A stretch of 64,000 nt of DNA from Bispira polyomma (Eukaryota), in contig OZ287752.1 in assembly GCA_965649765.1 (NCBI GenBank), positions 13,082,001 through 13,146,000 of the forward strand. Reading direction: 5' to 3'. Each line of letters opens with the position of its first letter. Position 1 is the stretch's first letter. The position numbers were made by a program, and so were the translations under genes. Of this stretch, positions 13,501-25,724 are shown one piece after another. The notes under the pieces are model-generated. The model ran no database searches. It had not been told where the DNA came from and saw only the letters and a list, made by a program, of their open reading frames with translations.

Positions 13501-16194
13501 GTGTCAATAACATTACTATTTAGAACCACAACATAATGTGAATGACGGGTAACATGTAGTTAGTGACTTTTCATTCCTAAAAGTAGAAAATGAAAATAGG
13601 TTTACATGTCTATTAAATCCAAAATATGTAATTCTTCTATAACTATATAATTATAATAGATGAAACTTACACAATACACTAATTCTCAGCCTTTCAGACT
13701 CCACATAAAATGTCCACCCTGAGTGCATATTATAGTCATCAACTCTGCAGTAAAACTGGGCTCCATCATCATCCTTGTCAACAGTATGTTGATACTCCAG
13801 TGTTTTGCCTATCACCACTGCTACACGTGTAGTCGTTCCAAGTCTGAATAACTTTAATCTACCGGCAGGATTACTGTCTACTTCACAAGTCAAGGTCAAC
13901 AGAGTATTCTCATTTACTGTTGAGGATGGAGAGGCTGCAGGTTTACTCACTGATGATGGTACATCTGGAATTTGACAAGTACTTAACTGAATAAGGCACA
14001 ATATTACCCTGAAAACCATTATGAACCTACTATATTTGGTATAGCAAACTTCGACTGCAAAGGTATGATTTAAGCCTTAAGTAGAATTCAATGTGTATCA
14101 GTTATTCTGATTAAAAAAATATATTTGGCTAAGCCTATACAAGCAATAGTAATGTAAACAAAACTTTTTGTAAATCCAGCTACTCCACAAAACAAGTCAA
14201 GGTCTGTTATTTTGTCGATAGTGTGCACACTCTCATTAGAGTCACCCTAAAGTGACTTCAGTTCACAAAACACCCTATACTCTAGTTTGTGTGGTAGCTC
14301 TGAGAGGCTAGTATGGTGTGTGTTATATATTGGACAACAGTTGACTAAATTGATAAAACTGTTGGACATGTAGTATTCTCGTATTCATCTTTATCTGCCA
14401 TTCAAACCACTAGTTATTTTATTTTACTTTTGAACACTATCATTTATCTTCCATTTTTTAAAATGCAAATCCTAGTCATGGAGTGATATAAGTGTAGTTA
14501 TGCCTATTTACTTTTTATCATGAAAGAGCAAAAGAGTACCAGTAAAATTGATAGGCCGAGACAGGCAAATGCTAAAACAATTGTATTCTAGAAACCAAAA
14601 TATGACCACTATAAGAAAACTACTTGGGACAAGTTCATACAATATAATAACGATAAAAAGACACACCTGGCTGTTGGATGTACCAGCTAGGTATTGCGAA
14701 CTAATATATAGAAAAAATGCCTGAGGCCTTAACTGATGTTTTGAGTACATTTGATTTTAAAACTGATTCTTCAGTGTAGCAAATCTACAGTTCATATATG
14801 CAACAATTTTGAAACATTTTATGTAGAGCACCTTGTGATTTGGTAGCTCTACACAATCTACATACATATCATATTTTCATGTTTTATCATGGTTATTAGC
14901 TTCATGTCTTACACACCACTAAGTGACATATTAGTTTGTTGATGACACACCAATAAACACAATGCTGAAAGAATGAGCTCTAGCCTTACACAGGAAAGCT
15001 ATGAAAAACAACTTCATGGCATACTCACAGTACACATCCAGGGTTTCAGTGTTTGATGTTTTCACTACTTCTATTGGTCCCTCACCCCAAGTCAGTTCAC
15101 ACTGTACTCCTTGACCTTGCTGAGCACGGTTAAAGCTGGGTGTCTTTGTATAAGTGACTGTATAAGTCAGGCCATTACTCTCCTTAATCTCTGTCTCAAT
15201 ACCTCCACTGTAGTACTCACTCCCGACTTTTACTCTGAAGTCTGTCTGATCTTTACCTGGATAGATGAAGAACACTCTACACTGGATGGCTTTGGTTACA
15301 CCCTCGATTACAATACCTATGGTAGAAAGGCTCACAGAATCTGGAGCATCTGGAATAAATATGGTAATGCATATATAATACATAGTTCAAACCTTTCAAT
15401 GTCACAATAAAAAACATGAAAATTTGTATGTGACATTCAAAAGTAAAACTCAAAGAAATGTGTATATAAATGTTGATCAATATACTATTGGGATACTGCT
15501 TCATAAAACACATTTAATTTATATAATAAGAATAGTTCAAACTAGAGCTACTGTACCCCAAATTTCCCCGGTCAAATCCAACACCTTATTTCCTTCATCT
15601 CGGGAACCTGTAGTCTGTACCTGACATAGATACTTTAGACCATCAGTCAGTATATCCACATCATGTACACTCAGCCTGTATTCTGTACCACTGAACTCAT
15701 ACTCTACATCTCTCCCAATGAACTCATTCTCCAGTTTACTCTTGCTATCTGGTCTGTAGTAAGTAAACACACGATTTAAAGTAGCTTGATTAAACCAGTC
15801 AAGTTTTCTGATGTCACTTTTAGGTAAACCATAATCACAAACTAGGGTCATTGAGTCTCCGTGTAAGATGTAGAAAGTAGAGCCAGAACTGTAAGGACTT
15901 TCATAGTGAGTAGTCACTAATACTTCTGCATATACTACTAACCTCTATGAAACGACAAGTTGATGTAGAGTTATTAGGCATATTTGCTGGCTTCACTGAA
16001 TCCATATATGTGTATATTTTTTATGTGTCAGTAATATTGATCATACAAGACAATACATGTTATAATCGTTACTAATCTTAAAATCTACACTAATAAATGA
16101 AACACAGTATTAGATGTACTATAAATTATATGTTACTATCTATTAATTACTCACCACTGAAAAGTGTAAGCCAAAACAGCCATTGGACCATCAT
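10344..16194 (-). CDS. Ig-superfamily type I membrane receptor copy 2: SP, V-set Ig, 4 Ig, 2 FN3, TM, ITSM/ITIM-like tail
   Basis: Exons: 16155-16194 (MMVQWLFWLTLFS); ~15557-15916/15945 (V-set, acceptor ambiguous); 15029-15349; 13671-13964; 12753-13037; 12355-12660; 11770-12063 (FN3); 11028-11297 (FN3, internal TAG); 10734-10870 (TM); 10474-10584; 10344-10370 (QVTYETIN*). Exons 3-8 are phase 1-1 with lengths divisible by 3. Confidence 0.85.
11028..11297 (-). CDS. Second FN3-like exon of Ig copy 2 (missed by the ORF track); in-frame TAG at 11152-11154
   Basis: tctaag|GT CTA CCA...; reads GLPSVRGLLKANIYDEIVALYWEHIDGNYTRAALLKCNNGRQNCISIY*ITDANVTIYTVGTIYDGEEYYLVIYQDTDEVTAQQFSMRDK|gtaagt. 270 nt; homolog at 23078-23240. 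Confidence 0.75.
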
Positions 16195-16739
16195 ATTTAC
16201 TGATTAAGAAATTATAAAAAATTATTCATATTATTAGAATACATATGTCTATGTCCCTTGAAGTGTGGATTGCATGTATTATAGTATACGTGGAACAAAT
16301 AAGGAAGTTATTTCGTAAATACTGGATATCCCAAAGGGGTACCTTATGTCAATAGAAATATGAAGACGGCAAATGTTGTACTTGAGTGTTTAATATCTAT
16401 ACATATGTATATATATTCTGTGTTTACAATAGTGTATTTCTCACTGAATTTGAAGTACAAAACCACATCTTTGTTTAGCTTTTGCAAATATCCGCATTCA
16501 AGCTTTGTGCTGAAACACTCTACTCATTAATATTATTAATATTCTTTTTGTATATTTTTGGTTTCCATCACATAATTCTCACAATGTACATCTGTACATT
16601 TTAGTACAACAACAAAATACATACATATAACTATGTTGTTGAAACAAAAGCAAAGAAATTTGATGTAAAACTCACAAAAGCTCAATACATAAAGCATGTA
16701 AAACTGATACGTAACTATTTATATACTCCCAGTTCTATA

Positions 16740-19700
16740 AACTGGAGATGCCAGAGCGTTAAGATTTTAAGCAATGACATTTGTAGCTCTCTGGTTGGTT
16801 GTTTTGTTAGGCTTTTTTAGTGCAGTCTAGGATGCCTGGGAGTCGCCCCCAGGGTGAACTTGTAACTGAGTTTTGAGGATTTCATACTCTTTAAGGACTC
16901 CACTTACTGTCTCCCCTCATCATAAACGTAAGGTGGAGTGTTGGTGCCACGTAAATTGTACATTTTACTTATTGTGCTCACAAACATAGCTATTGCACGC
17001 CGCATCAACTGTCACAAAAAGTTATCTATACCACTTCAGATACAAACAACATCAAGAAAGCGATACACATCAAACAGTCTGGTGTCTGTAACAAAGTAAA
17101 AAATCATTTTCCGCCGGTTGCCAATACCATAAACCTAAGTCTTATCTTGCTCCTTTGTGGTGATGTCTCTCTAAACTCTAAATACCTATTAAGTTTGGTA
17201 TGGTGAACTGCCGTTCCATCTGGAAAAAAGCCCGGTCATGCAAGATAATGTGAATGCCGTCAAATATGATATTTTTGCCATCACAGAATCACACATTAGG
17301 TTAACTGACACGCCTGCTTTTCTCAGATCACTAACTCCAGTTGACTACAATCTTGTTCAAAGACCACGTCAGTCTGGGCTGGGTGTTGGTGTAGGCGTTT
17401 TTGTCAAAACTAATTACAACTTCAAAATAATCAGTAGTCCATATTATACTACCTTTGAAAATATAATCATAACAGCTGCTTTTCCAGATTATAGCTTGTC
17501 TTTTGCATGTATTTATCGGCCACCTACTTCCAATATGGCAAGTTTTCTGGATGAATTCTTATCATATGAGTTTTCTCAGCTCTGCCAGCTCCTCATTTGT
17601 GGTCAGTGGTGAATTCAATATTCACAATAATTTTAGCTCTATTCTGGATTCCTGCAATCTAACTCAGTATATTTCCACTTCCACCCACATTCATGGTCAC
17701 ATCTTAGACCTCATTCTAGCTCCCACAGATCTTGAGTAAGTTAGAAATACTAGGTGCTCGGATTTCATATCTGATCATGTAGTTGTTTCATGTGACGTCA
17801 ACGTAATACATCAAACTGAATCAGTCAAGCGTACTGTCACTTTCAGGTGTTATCATTGTATTGACATGTGCAAACTAAAGTATTACCTGTCTACCATTCC
17901 CTTTGGCATAGACCCCTGCAAAAATGCTACTGATTTGTTTATTTAATACATCAGTGACCTTAAACTCTTACTTGACAGACATGTCCCGGTAATAACTAGA
18001 TTACCAAAAAAACAGCATTAAAATGGGTTACTGAAGCATACCGCACAGCTAAAGCACTGTGCCGTCAATATAAAAGAGCCTGGCGAAAGGAGAGGGGTCC
18101 ACTATACAGATCCAGTATAAAGAAACAGGTTGCATGGTGCAATAAATTTTTAAATAGAGCAAAAAAAATCACTATAAATCAGTCATTCACAAAACAGACA
18201 AAACCTCTGGCAAGAATTGCGCAGAGTCCTCCATACCACACCCGAGTCCATCCTTCCAGCATTTAAATCAGGAAAATCTCTAGCAGAAAAATTTGGGATT
18301 TTCTTCAGTGAAAAAATTCAGAATATCAGAAACATGTTCTCTGGCTCAAATACATGTTGCATCCCCCCTGCCAGACCTCCACCGAATTTCTCTGGCTTTA
18401 CCCAAGTTTCACAAGATGAAGTCCTAAAAACTATTAATGAATCCCCTACTAAAACCTGTATGTTAGACCCCTGGCCAACCTTTCTGGTGAAGGAATGCAT
18501 CGATATACTTCTACCTATCTTCTATCACTAGACTTGTCAACCACTCTCTTGCATATGGTATTGTACCTGATAAATTTAAACAAGCTGTAGTTACTTCCCT
18601 TATAAAGAAACCAGTATCAGGCCTAAGTTTCATCTTTAAGTTAGTGGAAAGAATTGGTGCAAAACAAATAACAAAACATATCAACAAAAATGGTTTAGAA
18701 AATCGCCTGCAGTCTGCTTATAAACAGGGACATTACACTGAAACAGCCCTTCTATCCATCAAAAATTAAGTACATATATCTCTTTCAAGAGGTGAATCTA
18801 CAGCACTAGTCCTCCTCAACCTATCAGCAGCTTTCGATACCTTTGATCATGCTACCTTGCTTGAATACTTGTCATCTTGGTTCGGTTTTCATGGTACACT
18901 TCTCGAATGGTTCACTTTATATTTCTCAAGTCGACGTCAGTCTGTCAAAATAGGCTCCACTCTGTCAGATTTGTTAAAGCTTGAGTTTGGTGTTCTACAA
19001 GGGTCAGTTCTGGGCCCAATCTTGTTTTTTTTGTACACTACTCCGCTCAGCTATATCAATAGCAAACATAGCAATATCAAGCACCACTTTTATGCTGATG
19101 ACACATAGCTGTATGCTCATCTCTCATATAAAAATGCCGCAACTTTTCTCGATAATCTAACAAGTTGTCTCCGTAATGTTAGAAAATATAATGCCAACAA
19201 GCTTAAACTAAACCCAGACAAGACTGAGTTCACACTATTTGGATCACAGGCTGATAGATTTAAGGATTTTTATCCAGTCAATATTTTAGCAAACAAGTTG
19301 TACCCTGCCAGTGTTGTCAAGAACCTGGGTGTGTGGTTTAATTCTATGTTTTCCTTCTCCAAACAATTTCATGAAGTTTGCAAATCTTGTTTTATCAAAA
19401 TTAGGGATCTAAGAAGGGTTAGGCGCTATTTGTCAGCCAGTACTGCTACTATAGTTGCAAATGCCCTGGATACAAGTCAACTGAACAACTGTAATTCTCT
19501 TTATAGAAGTTTTTTCAAGGCTGACATCTGTAAGTTGCAATGCATCCAAAACTCGTTAGCCAGACTGGTGGCCAACCATTACAAATACTTCCGTGTAACT
19601 TAACGGTCTTAAGAAGTCTCCACTGGTTACCCATTAAGTTTAGATGTATGTTCAAAACAGCTACTTTGGTCAACAAATTCTTAAATTATGGCCTTCCAGC

Positions 19701-20094
19701 ATACAGGAATCCATACCTCACACCTTACACATGCAGTTATATTACCAGAAGCAGACTGGAAAAAGTTACCTCACCATACCAAGATTTATCTCAGCAGTAC
19801 ACAAATCTAAACGTCAGTTTAACAACAGCTTTGCCTGTGAAGCTGCAACACTCTGGAATAGACTACCTGCCGAAGTTCATTGTGCAACCTCACTCACATC
19901 CTTTAGAAAAAGACTTAAAACCTACCTATTCGACAAGGCTTTTCCACCTTAGCCCTAAATTCATTGGGGTCTCCATGGTGCTGACCCATGCTTGTCTCAC
20001 GAAAATGCAAATTGAATAAGTATACTGTTTGCGCCTTATAATCTCCTAAGAAGGAGAGATTTAGCACTATAAAAGTTAGATTAGATTAGATTAG
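16740..20094 (+). mobile_element. Degenerate, near-full-length L2/CR1-group LINE (APE endonuclease + RT) with (TTAGA)n tail
   Basis: APE motifs VNCRSI, DIFAITESH, IYRPP, G(E)FNIH, THIHGHILDL and SDH; RT motifs GVLQGSVLGP and YADDT; many stops and frameshifts; ttagattagattagattaga at ~20076-20094. The 5' boundary is approximate. Confidence 0.9.
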
Positions 20095-20989
20095 ACAGAT
20101 CAGTTACCTAGGACAATGTTGGGTCTATAAAAGTAATGTTAAGGCATTAGGTTCAGGGCAAAAGTATATACCATCCAAAATAGAATTTTAAAGCCTAATA
20201 AGAACTATATTTAATTATATTAATTCAGGGTTTAAATTTTAAGACCAATTATAACAATTTATGTTTACTGTAATATTTAATTTCAAGTTCTATATTACAC
20301 ATCACATTATACATCACATATCTAAATAGTCTTTTAATTAGTTGGTCTCATGAAACATTAGTAATACAATAAATTTGTAATAATACTGAAGTTAATGCAG
20401 ATAAATCCTGAAGAATATTCGGCTTCAATAACAGAAACGCTGCAGGCTGTATTATTTGCCACAACCTCAGATTTGTGTAATGGTGTAATACATGTGTGCA
20501 CTAATTTGCCGTGGAAAATACCAAATATTTATGCTGTAGTACACACATGCCCTGTACACTTAAAATTGGGAGTATTTGAGTTTGTTTTGAAAAAACTGTA
20601 TAATTTTAAAAATTATCGACTGAGAATCTTTTCAGCAGGTTTGATTTCACCTTTGATTCTCCCCTTTAGGTCAATTGCCTTATAGCTTGCTTATTATGGG
20701 TCCTTCACATTAGGAAACCATGGCTGGGAATCTAGTCAGCAGATAAGATTTGACCTATGATACTCTTTCAAACTCAAATGGCTGCCTCCATAAATTTAAG
20801 GCCCTTTTCTTTTGAGGTCTTGCTTATTGTTTTCAATACTACTAAAATTTTAGTAATTTCAAAAATTATATTATCTTATTGAAGCTTATATATTGCAGTT
20901 ATAATTGATTTGACACCATAAAAAGACCATTGATGCGAGACACAACAACAGTATCAATTATCTAATCAACAAGTCAAAAAAAACAGGGG

Positions 20990-21390
20990 AGTGTACAGAG
21001 AGGGAACTAAGGTGAATGAGCAAATTTGAAGAGATAGATTTTAAGACTTTTAAAACTTAGAACGTGTTTTAATTGATCTAAGCTCAACTGGGAGAATATT
21101 CAATAACATAGGGGTAATATAGAAAATCTCTAGGTCCAGCCCTGTTGGTATGTTTTATAGAGGAAAAGGAAAGTCACTTTCAATTCTTACGGATGCTAAA
21201 GGAAAGGTGAGCAGCAAGGTAGGAGAGATGTTGTGAGATGACAGCTTTGAATGTGGTTACATGGATTTGAAACAAAATTCAATAGTGAATAGGAAGTGAA
21301 TGTAATTTGTTGAGGTAAAGAGAGACTTTAGTATAGAACCACAGACAAAAAATGATTTTACACCAATAGTTTTTAGTAGACTGTAACTAG
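20990..21390 (-). mobile_element. Old L2-like 3' fragment shared with the paralogous unit (~9545-9670)
   Basis: Remnants such as LHSLPIHY..LFQIHVTTFKA; ccagccctgttggta...ttgaatgtggttacatggattt is present in both units. Confidence 0.6.
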
Positions 21391-22236
21391 TGGCAGCCAT
21401 CTTGCTTTTTAAAATGAGACCAAAGTTCAGCAGAAGCAGGAATTTATAGTAATAAACATCTTTTGAAATTTGGTGAGGCTACCTGCAATAGCAAAGTGAA
21501 GTACAATCTGTTTGAACCTAACTGCATCTAAACAAAGGTATCTACCAGATGTCAAACACATTATGACTAGGTTCAAAATTTATTAAAAATATATTGATAG
21601 ACACTTGACCGTTACACATTTGGAGTTAGTAAAGTTCAAAAAAAAATTCTATATGCTTTTGCAAATATGGTTTCAACTTAGATTTTAAAATCATTGGAAG
21701 TAATTATTCTGAGATTGGCAGAGTCATTGAAAAGTTTTAGCCACTTTAAATTTTCTGTTTGTACACGTAATTGACTTTGGGTGTGAGGTGATCTGACTTT
21801 GATAAGTGTTGATTCTCTGTGGGTTGTACAATAATTAGGTCATTTAAGTAGTTTGGTGCCAGTAAATTCTAACATTGGAACACTACAACATTTACTTGAA
21901 ATTAATTACTCTTTTAAAATAATTTTGACTCTTTTTAAAGTCAAAAACAGAAGCATAATTGACTATGGTATAAAGATGGTTGAATTTTATTTAAACTATA
22001 TTTACTTAACTCGTACAGTAATAAAGTAAACTATGAGTCACATGACCTCGAATGCTGCTCCAATAATCATGCATGATGTTCCAAGTTAAAAAAAAGTTTA
22101 TTTAATATTAAGATTTTACAACAAAGTATGCGCATATGCATGGCATATTTTCATCTATGAACAGGGCGCCCAATAAACTGAGGTCCAGTTATTACTTCGG
22201 TGCTGTAATATGTTATCACAAAAATGTTTCTAACAT

Positions 22237-23561
22237 TTAAGTATTTAAAGTTGTATCATTAAGTATATACACAGTTGCTATCATTGTTATATATGTTTTG
22301 ATTAAGTTCTTTTCTTCTGTACATCTGTGAGGTTCAAGCAGCAGATCCTCAGTAATTGGTTCATATGTCACTTGCTGCAATAACAAGGTAATACACATTT
22401 ATAGTATCTGACTAAAAATAATAAGTTGAGTTAAAGGCAATTTAAACAAATTTTTGCACAGTAAGTTTTTATATTTGCATGTAATTGTTTGAGAAGTATC
22501 CATTATGTGATGGCCATACCTTCAAATCTGTATACTCAGCTGGTGGTGTTGGTTCTTCTGGCTTTGTCATCTCATAATTACTGATTTCATGCGTAGATGT
22601 TACATTTTCATATGTAGTTGGACTTTTATACTAATAAATATGTGACAAATAAATAACAACATGTCACAAGAAGAAAATGTAAGTAATGTAAACACACATT
22701 ACATATGGCACAAACTATGTTTTCAATGATGCAAGTGTTTAAACATAATCTTTTGTTTTTGATCACTTACTGAAGTACATTTAGTGGTGTCACCATTTTG
22801 GTTTTGTCTCCTTCTCAACAAAACAATCAGTATAATTAGGGCAACGGTGAGTAAACCAACCATGATAGACAGAACTGCTATTCCTGCTATTAGTCCAGTG
22901 TCTTTCTCTACACAAATATCTGCAGAATGGGCTGAAAAAAAGAACTTTAAAATAAAGCTTACAATTCTAAACAATAATCCTGTGAAGTGTTACATTATTA
23001 CAAATTGTGTACTTTGTGTGTACAAGTTCTCTTATCCTATATATGACAAATATTTTGTCTTTTACATGTCAACTTACTTTTGTCAGTCATTCCAAATTGC
23101 TGGGCCATTACTTCATCAGTATCCTGATATATTATAAGGTAGTACTCCTCTCCATCATAAACTGTGTCCACTGTATATGTTGTAAGATTGGCATCAGTAA
23201 TATTGTAATTGTAGTTGGACATAGTAGACCATTCATTGCAATGTAATTCCTACAGTGCACCTATATAGTTACTCACAATGTACAACAACCTGTATCTCTC
23301 CTGTATCACTCCCTACTGCATTCTCTGCAGTATATCTATAAGTCCCTGCATCAGTGTATACTGCCTTCTCTATAATCAGCTCTCTGTTCTCTCTCTGGTC
23401 TGGTCGAGCCTGAGATGTGGTATCTTCATATTTGGGTTCAAACTTCCATAACTGGCTTGTGATTTCCGCAGGATTACCAATCTCAATGTTACAGCGAATA
23501 ACAAGTTCTGACCCTTCTTCTATTGTGATTGACGCAGTTTGAGCTGCTATGTCTGGAGGAT
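22237..23561 (-). pseudogene. Ig-superfamily receptor copy 3 (3' half only: Ig4, partial FN3-2, TM, tail)
   Basis: Open Ig4 exon 23277-23561; truncated FN3-2 23078-~23240; TM exon 22771-22919; tail exon 22520-22630; last exon from 22374 with a 1-nt deletion moving the stop to 22237. No upstream exons were found before the DIRS/ISL2EU block. Confidence 0.8.
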
Positions 23562-23714
23562 CTGATTGACAGAGAAAAGAACATTACAATAAACATTTAA
23601 TTTAATACAAAATATAATAACAGACATGAAATGATCAGGCTATAATTTTTGAAAATATTTTTTTTCGCCATTTAACGAAATATTTGCAGATATACTACAT
23701 CTAATAACCTGCAA

Positions 23715-25420
23715 CTTTTCAGCGTGTCTAGGTTTAAATAGTATACAGACTAGCTGTGACATAAATAGTATAGATGTTAATCAGTCCAGTGTAAGCTGGG
23801 CTTTTGCTGATAACTATTCAACCGGTACTAAGATTCTTAACAGTAGTGACTGGAAGAATAGTGATCAAAATAGTTGGGAGACAATTTATGATACTAAGGG
23901 TACTCGTCGGGTACATATTAGGAACAGTACTGAAGGGCACACACAGACTAGCTGTGAAACAGCTAGCACATATTCACAGTTAAGTCTCAGTTATAGTACA
24001 ATGCTTGACATTAATTCCATAGACTGTAGTTTACAAACTGAATCACAGGACCAAGGACCAAGGACCAACGTCAGCATACCCTTTGGCCTACGCTCTGGCC
24101 CATGTGCCTGCCAAATGACAACGGACGGAATTATATATCTTATGTTGAAAAATAACCATTGGTGTTATTCGTATCTGGAAGACTGCATAAGAGTTGCGCC
24201 TCCAGGAAAGGCTAACAATGCCTTTATCACACTAAAAAATCAAATTCTCAATCTCGGGTTACCAATAAATCAAGATAAGGTAGATGCACCCACTGAAAGC
24301 TTGACATGTCTATGTATCAATATTAATGCCAAAACAGGAATATTGACTATACCTGTGGATAAATTATTAGATGCAAAACAATTGTGTGAACAATGGTCAA
24401 CAAAAACTAGGGCTACCAGACGGAGTCTACAAAAACTACTGGATAATTTACTTTATATCCACCTCCCCCCCCCCCCCCCTAATGTTTCTATAAGGCTAAC
24501 AGATGATTTCTGCAAAGACAGTAATTGGTTTTGCCAATACCTAGACGAGTACAATGGTATTACGGCTATGCACAGAGTGTCAGAAATTACACACCACATA
24601 TTTGTGGATGCCTCTCTAAGAGCGATGGGGTTTTTTTGGAACAATAAAGTTTACTCGGTGTACATTCCACAAGAATATCACAATGCATTGAGTATTGTTC
24701 ACTTTGAGGTGGTGAATATTGTGGTGGCGTTTCGCTTGTGGGCTAAGCAATGGGCCAATTTAAAAGTCGCTGTGCACTGTGATAATATAGCAGTGATTCA
24801 TGTCCTTAATAGGGTGGGTTGTAGGGATGGCTTCTTGAATGCCTGTGCACACACACTATGGCTATTACAAGCAAAACATAACATAGATGTTTCCATAGAA
24901 CATATTAGTGGGGTCACAAATATTTTTGTTGATATCCTTTCTCATTGGGCGCACTATGGTGGCACAAATAAGACAGAAGTAACATTCCTTAAAAATTACA
25001 ATTCGCACCACGTTGGTCAGGAATTACTGATCCCTAATTATAACATTTAACTTTGTAGGTAATCCCCTGGCGAGAGACTTATTACAAGGGGTCAACGTGC
25101 GTGTTCAGTCCGGGTTCAGACCACGAACCTCCACAGCATACAAGGCAAAGTTCAGACTTTACATGGCCTTTCTTACAAAACTACAACTTACTTCTCCTCA
25201 TAACCTTCAATCTGTATTGATGTTCGTCGAGTACATGGCACAGCAAGGGCTTAGGTCCCAGACTATAACAGGGTACTTGGCAGTGCTTAGGCACTTTTAC
25301 AAGATTTATAACTTCCCCACACAGGGCTTGCCACACAGGAAGCTAAGTTTGATGTTAAAGTCAATAGCAAGTAATGCCCTCCTTAAGTATAAGGTGAAAG
25401 GGGTGTTTACAGTCAGACAA
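23715..25420 (+). mobile_element. DIRS-type (tyrosine recombinase) retrotransposon fragment: RT-RNase H ORF 24001-25050 and YR N-terminus 25097-25420
   Basis: RT motifs PFGLRSGP and YLED; RNase H motifs FVDAS, EVVN, HCDN and HISGVTNIFVDILS; followed by RPRTSTAY...GLRSQTITGYLAVLRH, typical of the YR N-terminal domain. Boundaries are approximate. Confidence 0.85.
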
Positions 25421-25500
25421 ATGTAAAAGACAGTGATGGTCATAAAAATGTTCAGACAAATGTAAAAGACAGTGACGGTCATGCAAACGTTCTAAGTAGT

Positions 25501-25653
25501 AAGAAGCTGTATTGTTACTGTGAAAGTAGAAACACAGGGAAAATGATCGGGTGTGATAACCCCACATGTAAATATGAATGGGTATATATGAAATGTGCTC
25601 AACTGACTAAAGTCCCAAAAGGTCAGTGGTACTGTAGAGATTGTAAAAAATAG
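25501..25653 (+). pseudogene. ING-like PHD finger remnant, probably the 3' end of the transposon's accessory gene
   Basis: KKLYCYCESRNTGKMIGCDNPTCKYEWVYMKCAQLTKVPKGQWYCRDCKK*, a C4HC3 pattern with His replaced by Tyr; convergent with the transposase. Confidence 0.75.
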
Positions 25654-25724
25654 TCACTTCTTAAAGCAACACCAACAGTGTTAGTAAAAATAATATGGTA
25701 TGACACAGTGAAAATGCATATGAA

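Noticed and set aside
396-16194. Dscam-like mutually exclusive exon arrays or V(D)J-like segments
   Set aside because: The duplicated exons belong to whole-gene duplicates with their own flanks and 3' ends; no recombination signal sequences were recognised.
25501-25653. Host ING tumour-suppressor gene
   Set aside because: There is no ING N-terminal domain, a stop lies immediately upstream, the Zn-ligand His is lost, and it sits inside a transposon block.
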